Of a stretch of DNA of 24,000 bases, positions 9,043-18,277 are shown piece by piece. The position numbers were made by a program, and so were the translations under genes. Source of the stretch: Escherichia coli. Lineage in GTDB: Bacteria > Pseudomonadota > Gammaproteobacteria > Enterobacterales > Enterobacteriaceae. The notes under the pieces are model-generated. The model was given only the letters and a program-made list of their open reading frames with translations. It ran no database searches and had not been told where the DNA came from. The DNA lies in NCBI RefSeq assembly GCF_904711265.1, contig NZ_LR882057.1, one strand, 5' to 3'. Every line of letters begins with the position of its first letter. The stretch's first letter is position 1.

Positions 9043-10157
9043 ACTATGGAAGAACGGAACAGGCTTCAGTGAAATAGCGAATATCCTGGGTTCAAAACCC
9101 GGAACGATCTTCACTATGTTAAGGGATACTGGCGGCATAAAACCCCATGAGCGTAAGCGGGCTGTAGCTCACCTGACACTGTCTGAGCGCGAGGAGATAC
9201 GAGCTGGTTTGTCAGCCAAAATGAGCATTCGTGCGATAGCTACTGCGCTGAATCGCAGTCCTTCGACGATCTCACGTGAAGTTCAGCGTAATCGGGGCAG
9301 ACGCTATTACAAAGCTGTTGATGCTAATAACCGAGCCAACAGAATGGCGAAAAGGCCAAAACCGTGCTTACTGGATCAAAATTTACCATTGCGAAAGCTT
9401 GTTCTGGAAAAGCTGGAGATGAAATGGTCTCCAGAGCAAATATCAGGATGGTTAAGGCGAACAAAACCACGTCAAAAAACGCTGCGAATATCACCTGAGA
9501 CAATTTATAAAACGCTGTACTTTCGTAGCCGTGAAGCGCTACACCACCTGAATATACAGCATCTGCGACGGTCGCATAGCCTTCGCCATGGCAGGCGTCA
9601 TACCCGCAAAGGCGAAAGAGGTACGATTAACATAGTGAACGGAACACCAATTCACGAACGTTCCCGAAATATCGATAACAGACGCTCTCTGGGGCATTGG
9701 GAGGGCGATTTAGTCTTAGGTACAAAAAACTCTCATATAGCCACACTTGTAGACCGAAAATCACGTTATACGATCATCCTTAGACTCAGGGGCAAAGATT
9801 CTGTCTCAGTAAATCAGGCTCTTACCGACAAATTCCTGAGTTTACCGTCAGAACTCAGAAAATCACTGACATGGGACAGAGGAATGGAACTGGCCAGACA
9901 TCTAGAATTTACTGTCAGCACCGGCGTTAAAGTTTACTTCTGCGATCCTCAGAGTCCTTGGCAGCGGGGAACAAATGAGAACACAAATGGGCTAATTCGG
10001 CAGTACTTTCCTAAAAAGACATGTCTTGCCCAATATACTCAACATGAACTAGATCTGGTTGCTGCTCAGCTAAACAACAGACCGAGAAAGACACTGAAGT
10101 TCAAAACACCGAAAGAGATAATTGAAAGGGGTGTTGCATTGACAGATTGAATCTACA
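8937..10157 (+). mobile_element. IS30, complete
   Basis: Starts TGTAGATTCAATTGGTCAACGCAACAG and ends in AATCTACA at 10157, exactly 1221 bp. 2-bp target duplication 'ac' (8935-8936 and 10158-10159). Confidence 0.96.
8999..10150 (+). CDS. insI: IS30 transposase
   Basis: 383 aa: MRRTFTAEEKASVFELWKNGTGFSEIANILGSKPGTIFTMLRDTGGI..., the characteristic InsI sequence. Confidence 0.96.
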   Translation: MRRTFTAEEKASVFELWKNGTGFSEIANILGSKPGTIFTMLRDTGGIKPHERKRAVAHLTLSEREEIRAGLSAKMSIRAIATALNRSPSTISREVQRNRGRRYYKAVDANNRANRMAKRPKPCLLDQNLPLRKLVLEKLEMKWSPEQISGWLRRTKPRQKTLRISPETIYKTLYFRSREALHHLNIQHLRRSHSLRHGRRHTRKGERGTINIVNGTPIHERSRNIDNRRSLGHWEGDLVLGTKNSHIATLVDRKSRYTIILRLRGKDSVSVNQALTDKFLSLPSELRKSLTWDRGMELARHLEFTVSTGVKVYFCDPQSPWQRGTNENTNGLIRQYFPKKTCLAQYTQHELDLVAAQLNNRPRKTLKFKTPKEIIERGVALTD

Positions 10158-10234
10158 ACAGCGTATTTTGCACAGGAGTCGCTGAAAAATACGCGTTAAT
10201 CGAACAATGACGACAACAATTTCCCATTGAAGCG

Positions 10235-11053
10235 ATGTGTCAGGTATTTGGTGTATCCAGGAGCGGTTATTACAACTGGGTACAGCATGAACCCTCAGAC
10301 AGAAAACAAAGTGATGAGCGGCTAAAACTGGAGATTAAGGTGGCACATATCCGCACTCGCGAAACATATGGAACCCGGCGGCTCCAGACGGAGCTGGCAG
10401 AGAATGGCATCATCGTTGGTCGTGACCGACTGGCACGTCTTCGTAAGGAGCTAAGGCTACGCTGTAAGCAGAAACGCAAGTTCAGAGCGACTACGAACTC
10501 GAACCACAATCTGCCAGTTGCACCAAATCTGCTGAACCAGACGTTCGCTCCTACAGCACCAAATCAGGTCTGGGTGGCGGACCTGACGTATGTTGCCACA
10601 CAGGAGGGATGGTTGTACCTCGCTGGCATCAAAGATGTTTATACGTGCGAAATTGTCGGCTACGCCATGGGAGAGCGCATGACAAAAGAGCTGACAGGTA
10701 AAGCCCTGTTTATGGCGCTCAGGAGCCAGCGCCCACCTGCCGGGCTAATCCACCACTCTGATCGAGGTTCACAGTACTGCGCATACGATTACCGGGTCAT
10801 ACAGGAGCAGTTTGGTCTGAAAACATCAATGTCGCGTAAAGGTAACTGTTACGACAACGCTCCGATGGAAAGCTTCTGGGGAACGCTGAAAAATGAGAGC
10901 CTGAGCCACTATCGTTTTAATAGCCGGGATGAGGCCATCTCAGTAATACGGGAATACATTGAGATTTTCTACAATCGTCAGCGTCGTCACTCTCGTCTGG
11001 GGAATATCTCCCCGGCAGCCTTCAGGGAAAAATATCATCAGATGGCTGCTTAA
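10235..11053 (+). CDS. IS600 OrfB, DDE transposase
   Basis: IS3-family integrase core: PNQVWVADLTYV, GLIHHSDRGSQYCAYDYR, NCYDNAPMESFWGTLKNE. Confidence 0.94.
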   Translation: MCQVFGVSRSGYYNWVQHEPSDRKQSDERLKLEIKVAHIRTRETYGTRRLQTELAENGIIVGRDRLARLRKELRLRCKQKRKFRATTNSNHNLPVAPNLLNQTFAPTAPNQVWVADLTYVATQEGWLYLAGIKDVYTCEIVGYAMGERMTKELTGKALFMALRSQRPPAGLIHHSDRGSQYCAYDYRVIQEQFGLKTSMSRKGNCYDNAPMESFWGTLKNESLSHYRFNSRDEAISVIREYIEIFYNRQRRHSRLGNISPAAFREKYHQMAA

Positions 11054-11077
11054 AAAAAGAACAAATGGTAGTGTCCG

Positions 11078-11533
11078 CTATTGCCAGTACACCTCAACCG
11101 CGCCAATATGATGGCACTCATCCACAATGATTTGCCCATAATTCCTGACCAGAGGTTCAACTTCTCCGTGTCTGGATATGGACTGCACCACCGCAATATC
11201 AATATTGTCACAGGGTTTATGTTTACCTCCCCCGATAATACCAATACTGTCACCGGCCTGCAGAAACACCGCGAGACGCTCCTGCCACTGCTTCAGCAAT
11301 TCAGTCCGGTGTACCAGTATCAGTGTATTCACTTTCCGCCTGGCAATCACTGCCGCTGCGGTAACTGTCTTACCAAAAGCCGTTGGCGCACAAAGCACAC
11401 CAGTATCATAGCGGAGTAATGCCGAAACGGCCTCTTCCTGCTCCGCTCTGAGGTTTCCCGTGAAAACCACATTACATTCCGTACCAACAAATCGTTTATC
11501 GATTATTTCTTCAGCAATATTGGTAAGCGTCAA
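11078..11533 (-). pseudogene. SF2 helicase fragment, UvsW/SSL2-like type as found in TOTE-like conflict proteins
   Basis: GNLRAEQEEAVSALLRYDTGVLCAPTAFGKTVTAAAVIARR (motif I APTAFGKT) and IIVDECHH (motif II). Cut by the IS600 end at 11096 and lacking its N-terminal part. Confidence 0.75.
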
Positions 11534-11590
11534 CGGGGCACCGTATTGACGCTTATTTATTGGTGAGTACTACGTTCCATGGCAAGAGTT
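11523..11590. repeat. ~68-bp diverged repeat, inverted copy of 840-907
   Basis: gtaagcgtcaacggggcaccgtattgacgcttatttattggtgagtactacgttccatggcaagagtt matches the reverse complement of 840-907 with about 8 mismatches by eye. Confidence 0.8.
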
Positions 11591-11710
11591 CGTCAACACG
11601 GTTGGAGAGCCATTCTGTCAACGACGGATGAAAAGTGGCTCTTCCGCAACCTGGGTGGAAGAAAATGGATGAAACTTTCTGGTGAACAAGGATCTAAGCT
11701 GTTTTAAGTT

Positions 11711-12489
11711 ATGGGCAACGCAATGCACTCTCTTAAGACACTTCTACAGTTACCTTGCGGATGGCGATGCAGTCGACAAATTATTAGCTCTGACGGTATA
11801 GCCCTCCATCTCCGCGGAAAACGCAAAACAGCACAATGCCCTAAATGCCTTAAATGCAGCGACTCTGTTCATAGTTGTCGTCAGCGCCGGATACAGCATT
11901 TACCCTGCTCAGGGCAGACACTATGGCTTGTATTTTCCGTCCGCTACTGGTACTGCCGAACCCAGCTTGTTCACGAAAAATTTTTGCCGAATCGCTTGCT
12001 CCCTTCGCTGATTCACATCATCAGTCTTTACAGGCGTTACAAAATTTACAGCTTCAACTGGGATTAATAGCCGGAGGTGAGGCTGGAAAACGGGCAGCAA
12101 CGGCAGTGGGTCTCCGTTTCAGTGCAGATACTCTTCTTCGCAGGGTTATCAATACCCCGGAGACAAAACCGTCAGGCTCGATCCATGTCGGTATTGATGA
12201 GTGGGCGTGGCATCGGGGCTACCGTTACGGTACGTTAATAGTCAATCTTGATACTCACCGTCCCCTCGTCCTGCTTCCCGACCGCGATCAGCGTACGCTG
12301 GCGACCTGGTTCAGAAAATATCCGGAAATACAGGTTGTCTCGCGTGATCGCAATGGAGTCTATGCGACAGCAGCACGTGAAGGTGCACCTCAGGCCAGAC
12401 AGGTGGTCGATCGATGGCACCTGCTAAAAAATATTGGCGATGCGCTTGAACGAATGAGCTACTCTCGGGTACCACAATTTCACCGATAA
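11711..12489 (+). pseudogene. ISL3-family transposase remnant, frameshifted and 3'-truncated
   Basis: N-terminal zinc-finger part LPCGWRCSRQIISSDGIALHLRGKRKTAQCPKC in one frame. Catalytic part HVGIDEWAWHRGYRYGTLIVNLDTHRPLVLLPDRDQRTLATWFRKYPEIQVVSRDR...VVDRWHLLKNI in another. Ends abruptly at VPQFHR. Confidence 0.85.
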
Positions 12490-12861
12490 TACTGCAACCT
12501 CGAAAGGAAGTAATCTGGCGCGGGGACAAACTTATCAAGGTTCACAGTTTTAGCAGTTTTCTAAGCGTCCAGCATACTCTTAGCTTTCCCCAGCCATAAG
12601 CATTCATCATTTCGGCGGGAGACCCTTATCGTTGTAACCTCTTTATCCCGGGCCGTCACTTTCGAAGAGGGAACAAGATGTATGTACTTTCCCCTCATAC
12701 ACTATGGCATTATTTATTGTGATACGTTACTGAGCCATCCGCAAAAGCACTTACCTAAACGCAAACTAACCGCAGGTCAGTCTTTTGCTGACCTTGCGTG
12801 GAAACAGTACCACGTCACAGACACTGCGCAGCATCGGCTGCATTTACGGAGATTTGTGAAT

Positions 12862-15102
12862 ATGAATCAACCACACGCAGACAACCTTCAGGGCCAACAT
12901 CCAGATCGCGCAATCTGTTCCGCCGATGAAGACCAGTATGGTTTCATCCACATAGCTACCCAGTTAGCTGTTGCCGTTAAGGGTATTGGCCGCGAGGGTA
13001 GCGCAGTGATCGGTATCGAAGGCCCATGGGGATCAGGGAAAACGAGTCTCCTTAACCTGCTGCGCAATGCTCTCGTCGAACAAATAGAAGAACGCACTTT
13101 TGTATTGACAATATCCCCCTGGCTCGACGGGAGCAACACAAGTCTGGTGGCATCGTTACTGCTTCCTGTCGCCAACATCATTGCTGCTGAAGAGGAACAG
13201 CGACTAGCGCCTGAGGAAAGGACAGCTCTCAGACGACGAAAATCCCTGACACGGACGGCCAAGACGATGATAGACTACACCCGGGCAACTGCCCGCAATC
13301 TCGCACCCGTCGCCTCAGCCGCCGCCGTTATTCCCGGCGTACCTGATGCCAGTGGCGCGTTGAAAGCCCTGTCAGAAACTCGTTGGCTGAAGGAAAAGGA
13401 GAAAACCACAGCAGAGATGCGGACCGAAATTGCGAAGAAAATAGATGAACTGGATCTTAGCTTTATTGTACTGCTCGATGATCTGGATCGTCTCGAGCCA
13501 GCACAGGCAGTTGAGGTGATAAGGCTAGTTAAATCTGTAGGTGACTTTCCTCGCTTTCGCTACCTTCTCTGTTATGACAAAGCCATCCTATCCCAGGCCA
13601 TCAGCCTAGGGCTGGGGGTACCCGACGGCAACCTATACCTGCAGAAAATTGTTCAGATATCATTCTGTTTACCGCGCCCAGAAACCTTTGTCTTGCGCAG
13701 AAAATTTAGGGATGCCGCTGCCGCGTTATACAGAAAAGTAAACGGGCATGCTCCAGACCGTATTGTACTAGAGCAATTGACACAAGTGGCTGACGTCTAC
13801 GGGGCAGCATTAAAAACCCCCAGGGAGGTTCAGATGGTACTGAATGCCCTGACCTTCCTATACCCGGGCATGCGGGATTACGTGTATTTCCCGGATCTGT
13901 GCTTCCTTCAACTGCTGCGCACAACAAATGCGGGTCTTTATGACTGGGTAGAAGAATATCTGTCAGAACGAGCGGTCGTAGCCGCCGGTGACGGGCATGT
14001 TAGTGAGTTAGAGCAGGCAGAGATGGCGGAGAGCCTAAAGTCGCACCTTGCCCGTTATTTCCCTGCCGAAGCCCATGCGGTGCATGCCCTTGCTCGCTGG
14101 GTCCCGGGTATCACCGGCTGGAAAAATGACTCGCCCATCAAACTCTTTGTACCGACTCCCGAACAGGATAGTGCCCTGCTGACTGCTGGCAAACGTCTGG
14201 GCAGCCAAGCATACTGGCGCTATTATTTCGCTTTTTCCGCCCCACAGAATGTACTTTCATCTGAAATGCTCAATGAGATATTCGACATCGCCGGATATCC
14301 TGAACAACAACATAAGCTTGCAGAACGTCTACTCGGGTATATCCAGAGTAAGGGTTTGTCCTCCCGAACCTGGTTTGAACACATTCTGACCCAGCTCACC
14401 ACACAACAGATTGCAGCAAGGACACCAGAGCAATGCCGTGGACTGGCGCAGTTCTTCTTTGATTCCGGAGATAAAATGTTGCAACGCTACCAAGACGAGA
14501 ATGACTGGTTTTCTATACATGACCTAGACACCTGGAGCGTGACGGACCGCCTCATCAATAAGATACAAAAGGAAAGCGATCAAGAATCTTTCGACTTCCT
14601 GTCCACGCAGTTTAAAAACGGTCAGGCCTGGTACTGGATAGCAGAATATATGCGTCATCTGCTGTGGCAGCACGGAAGAGTTGGAGACAGAGCAGTACAT
14701 GAGCAGCAAAAGTGGATACCATCTTTTCAACTCGACTCCTTATGTGAAACTCTGGCACATCGTCTGAATGGGAAAGTGATCACCGACCAACTAGCCAGTT
14801 TCCCTCAGTTAAACGGTTATATCTGGGCATGGCGTGATATCAGTGGCGTTGAAGCAGTTAGGACCTGGGTTCAGGAACAAATCCGGGATGATGAAGCCTT
14901 TTTGAAACTACTGTTACAATTGTGTTATCACGGAATCAGCTCTGCAGAAGGACGTTTCACCGCCCTGAAACTGAGTGACCTAGCTGACTTTTTCGGGGAA
15001 CCAGACCAGATCAGAGAACGCATTGAAAACATCAGGAAAGCAGGCCCACTGGCTGAAATGGCTAAGCAGGTTGAGACGTCGATTAAACGAAATAGGTTTT
15101 AG
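12862..15102 (+). CDS. KAP-family P-loop NTPase, candidate defence protein (QatA-like domain class)
   Basis: Walker A GIEGPWGSGKTSLLNLL, Walker B FIVLLDDLDRLEPAQ, downstream LVKSVGDFPRFRYLLCYDK typical of KAP NTPases. Internal ATG at 12862 preceded by GGAG is the likelier start; the raw ORF begins at 12682. Confidence 0.85.
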   Translation: MNQPHADNLQGQHPDRAICSADEDQYGFIHIATQLAVAVKGIGREGSAVIGIEGPWGSGKTSLLNLLRNALVEQIEERTFVLTISPWLDGSNTSLVASLLLPVANIIAAEEEQRLAPEERTALRRRKSLTRTAKTMIDYTRATARNLAPVASAAAVIPGVPDASGALKALSETRWLKEKEKTTAEMRTEIAKKIDELDLSFIVLLDDLDRLEPAQAVEVIRLVKSVGDFPRFRYLLCYDKAILSQAISLGLGVPDGNLYLQKIVQISFCLPRPETFVLRRKFRDAAAALYRKVNGHAPDRIVLEQLTQVADVYGAALKTPREVQMVLNALTFLYPGMRDYVYFPDLCFLQLLRTTNAGLYDWVEEYLSERAVVAAGDGHVSELEQAEMAESLKSHLARYFPAEAHAVHALARWVPGITGWKNDSPIKLFVPTPEQDSALLTAGKRLGSQAYWRYYFAFSAPQNVLSSEMLNEIFDIAGYPEQQHKLAERLLGYIQSKGLSSRTWFEHILTQLTTQQIAARTPEQCRGLAQFFFDSGDKMLQRYQDENDWFSIHDLDTWSVTDRLINKIQKESDQESFDFLSTQFKNGQAWYWIAEYMRHLLWQHGRVGDRAVHEQQKWIPSFQLDSLCETLAHRLNGKVITDQLASFPQLNGYIWAWRDISGVEAVRTWVQEQIRDDEAFLKLLLQLCYHGISSAEGRFTALKLSDLADFFGEPDQIRERIENIRKAGPLAEMAKQVETSIKRNRF

Positions 15103-15403
15103 ATTATGCCCCTCTTGGTAGTGAGCATCAATGAGTAAGGTCGCAACCAGCTTATTGGTGCCGTTGTTTACCACTGTCTAGTGGGAGTTACGTAATGTTC
15201 CGGTGACCTCTGTCAGCGCCAATGATATAAGACAGTCAAACATCATGGCGTTGACATCGTTACCTGTATCCGATCCACTGAGGCACCACGACAGAAATTC
15301 GCGCCCCTACACTGATGACAAAGCCCCCGAACCTTGCAGCATATTAACTCCAGCACCTCCCAACAACTTACGCGCGGAAACTTAATCCTAATACAACTGT
15401 AAT

Positions 15404-15967
15404 TCAGTTGTGTCGTGGTCGGCCGCGGTTACTTTTTTCAGGAAGCCTGCTACGGCCCAGAATAATACCGTGTTCTTTCTGATCCTGTTTAGCCAGGTAG
15501 CTAAGGGCGTAACGTAAGTCGTCTACCGCAGATTTATCACTATAGTGAATCACGTGATCGATACGCACCGGGTATTTGTCTTTAGCCCGGCAAAGGTGAA
15601 AGTAACCCTCCCCTTCCGTGATCCGCCTCCAGATATCTCCCAGTTGCCTGGATATCTGATAAGAGTTCTTGTGACGTTGCCCATCCAGATAGCCGATAAA
15701 ATGAATATGAAGCCCTTTGTCTGATGTATATTCCATAACCCAGTAATATCCTGCCAACATCGTTTGGGTTTCACTAAGTAAACGGTATATTTCAATACAC
15801 ATACTGTGCTTACAGGAATGCCCGAAACTGGGCGTGTCTTTCCTGTAGGCAAAATCAATTCTGAAAGGTAACAGTTTAGAAAAACGTTGAAACAGACCTT
15901 CCATGTGTTCATTCACATCTTTCAGAATCGCGAAATTCATTTCGTAATTGGGATTGGCATTATACAT
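15404..15967 (-). CDS. YagK/YfjJ family (inovirus Gp2-like domain) protein
   Basis: 187 aa: RIDFAYRKDTP, AGYYWVMEYTSDKGLHIHFIGYLDG, VRIDHVIHYSDKSAVDDLRYALSYLAKQDQK, characteristic of CP4-type island YagK/YfjJ proteins. Confidence 0.82.
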   Translation of the reverse strand: MYNANPNYEMNFAILKDVNEHMEGLFQRFSKLLPFRIDFAYRKDTPSFGHSCKHSMCIEIYRLLSETQTMLAGYYWVMEYTSDKGLHIHFIGYLDGQRHKNSYQISRQLGDIWRRITEGEGYFHLCRAKDKYPVRIDHVIHYSDKSAVDDLRYALSYLAKQDQKEHGIILGRSRLPEKSNRGRPRHN

Positions 15968-16098
15968 TTTATAGTCCTTACTTTATAAAATTCACAGGAA
16001 GAGGGGAATTACGTAAATACTGAGAGTACATAAACGCCGTACCACGGCATTAATAAACGAGGTAACCAGCAGTACAGACAACCTGATAAAACTGTTTG

Positions 16099-16126
16099 GT
16101 ATTACCTCATTACAATGAGGTAATAC
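16099..16126. repeat. Perfect 12-bp inverted repeat with 4-bp loop
   Basis: gtattacctcat taca atgaggtaatac. Confidence 0.85.
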
Positions 16127-16723
16127 TTCAGAATACAGTGAGGCTCTCTTAAACAGAGGACCAGTAAGAATTACAATGGTAAAAACACACCTCATAGAAT
16201 TAAGTTTAAGGAAGTACCATTCAATCACTTACAGGAAGTAATCTGATCTTCACAAAAGTCAGCTATCGAATAGCCACAGGCAACATCGCTATTAATATTG
16301 CCGTACCATTAAGTAAAAACAGAGACTCTGCAGAGAGAGCCTACAGATATTTAACCTCACAATAAGAAGATTATTTCATACAGAAAATATTATATTTACC
16401 CATACTTATAAACTGTAACGGAGCTATAACGTACGAACTAAAGACAATATACTCTAATAGTGTTCTGGTACGTAACTAGTGTTAAATACAAACCAGACAT
16501 ACATTCAGTGGATTAACTATCTCAATATTACGCTATGAGCGTAGTAACATAATTTACACATAACTAAACCCCATACACCACCACACTGTAGTATATGGGG
16601 ATAGACGCATTACGCACATACAGAATACTCAGTAGACTGGCCCCCTGAATCTCCAGACAACCAGTATCACTTATTTAAGTGATAGTCTTAATACTAGTTT
16701 TTAGACTAGTCATTGGAGAGCAG

Positions 16724-17089
16724 ATGATTGATGTCTTAGGACCGGAGAAACGCAGACGGCGTACCACACAGGAAAAGATCGCAATTGTTCAGCAGAGCTT
16801 TGAACCGGGGATGACGGTCTCCCTCGTTGCCCGGCAACATGGTGTAGCAGCCAGCCAGTTATTTCTCTGGCGTAAGCAATACCAGGAAGGAAGTCTTACT
16901 GCTGTCGCCGCCGGAGAACAGGTTGTTCCTGCCTCTGAACTTGCTGCCGCCATGAAGCAGATTAAAGAACTCCAGCGCCTGCTCGGCAAAAAAACGATGG
17001 AAAATGAACTCCTCAAAGAAGCCGTTGAATATGGACGGGCAAAAAAGTGGATAGCGCACGCGCCCTTATTGCCCGGGGATGGGGAGTAA
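16724..17089 (+). CDS. insC: IS2 OrfA
   Basis: [56 protein letters not shown]. Frameshift motif aaaaaag at 17041-17047 leads into OrfB. Confidence 0.95.
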
Positions 17090-17952
17090 GCTTAGTCAGC
17101 CGTTGTCTCCGGGTGTCGCGTGCGCAGTTGCACGTCATTCTCAGACGAACCGATGACTGGATGGATGGCCGCCGCAGTCGTCACACTGATGATACGGATG
17201 TGCTTCTCCGTATACACCATGTTATCGGAGAGCTGCCCACGTATGGTTATCGTCGGGTATGGGCGCTGCTTCGCAGACAGGCAGAACTTGATGGTATGCC
17301 TGCGATCAATGCCAAACGTGTTTACCGGATCATGCGCCAGAATGCGCTGTTGCTTGAGCGAAAACCTGCTGTACCGCCATCGAAACGGGCACATACAGGC
17401 AGAGTGGCCGTGAAAGAAAGCAATCAGCGATGGTGCTCTGACGGGTTCGAGTTCTGCTGTGATAACGGAGAGAGACTGCGTGTCACGTTCGCGCTGGACT
17501 GCTGTGATCGTGAGGCACTGCACTGGGCGGTCACTACCGGCGGCTTCAACAGTGAAACAGTACAGGACGTCATGCTGGGAGCGGTGGAACGCCGCTTCGG
17601 CAACGATCTTCCGTCGTCTCCAGTGGAGTGGCTGACGGATAATGGTTCATGCTACCGGGCTAATGAAACACGCCAGTTCGCCCGGATGTTGGGACTTGAA
17701 CCGAAGAACACGGCGGTGCGGAGTCCGGAGAGTAACGGAATAGCAGAGAGCTTCGTGAAAACGATAAAGCGTGACTACATCAGTATCATGCCCAAACCAG
17801 ACGGGTTAACGGCAGCAAAGAACCTTGCAGAGGCGTTCGAGCATTATAACGAATGGCATCCGCATAGTGCGCTGGGTTATCGCTCGCCACGGGAATATCT
17901 GCGGCAGCGGGCTTGTAATGGGTTAAGTGATAACAGATGTCTGGAAATATAG
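17047..17952 (+). CDS. insD: IS2 OrfB transposase, -1 frameshift product partner
   Basis: 301 aa DDE transposase: [74 protein letters not shown]. Confidence 0.95.
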
Positions 17953-18277
17953 GGGCAAATCCACTCAGCATAACATAAAGAGGAGTGACATTACGATAAA
18001 AAGAGACAACATAACAGATAACATAACTCCCATTAATAATACTAATTAACCTAAATTATTTATTGAATACGAAAACAATGAAGGCCCCACCTCACCTCAG
18101 ACTAAAGCCGACAATATCCTGAGCAACAGGATATCCAATAGTAAATAGTGGTTACACCAGTTATATTTACTGACTGACCTGTACCAGAGTTTTCTAATAC
18201 AACGCTGACATGGTAAAGGCATTAGTCTCCTCCGCAAGTAGCAGAGGAGACTATATGTTAGTCAACGATTAAGTCGT

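Larger units (their letters stand above)
8610..11096 (+). mobile_element. IS600 (IS3 family), interrupted by IS30
   Basis: Left end TGAGGTAGCCTGAGTTTAACGGACACT at 8610, right end AGTGTCCGCTATTGCCAGTACACCTCA ending at 11096. Removing IS30 (1221 bp) and its 2-bp duplication leaves 1264 bp, the IS600 length. Confidence 0.95.
16633..17963 (+). mobile_element. IS2 (IS3 family), complete
   Basis: Left end TAGACTGGCCCCCTGAATCTCCAGACAACC, right end ATATAGGGGCAAATCCA, exactly 1331 bp. 5-bp target duplication ctcag at 16628-16632 and 17964-17968. Confidence 0.97.

Noticed and set aside
12888-14730. Minus-strand ORFs inside the KAP NTPase gene
   Set aside because: Antisense shadows of a convincing P-loop NTPase; no motifs or ribosome-binding support.
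15203-15385. 60-aa plus-strand ORF downstream of the KAP NTPase
   Set aside because: Considered as a partner gene, but it has no clear ribosome-binding site or recognisable motif, so it is not supported.
17092-17523. 143-aa and other antisense or overlapping ORFs within IS2
   Set aside because: Overlap the well-defined IS2 transposase; no independent support.
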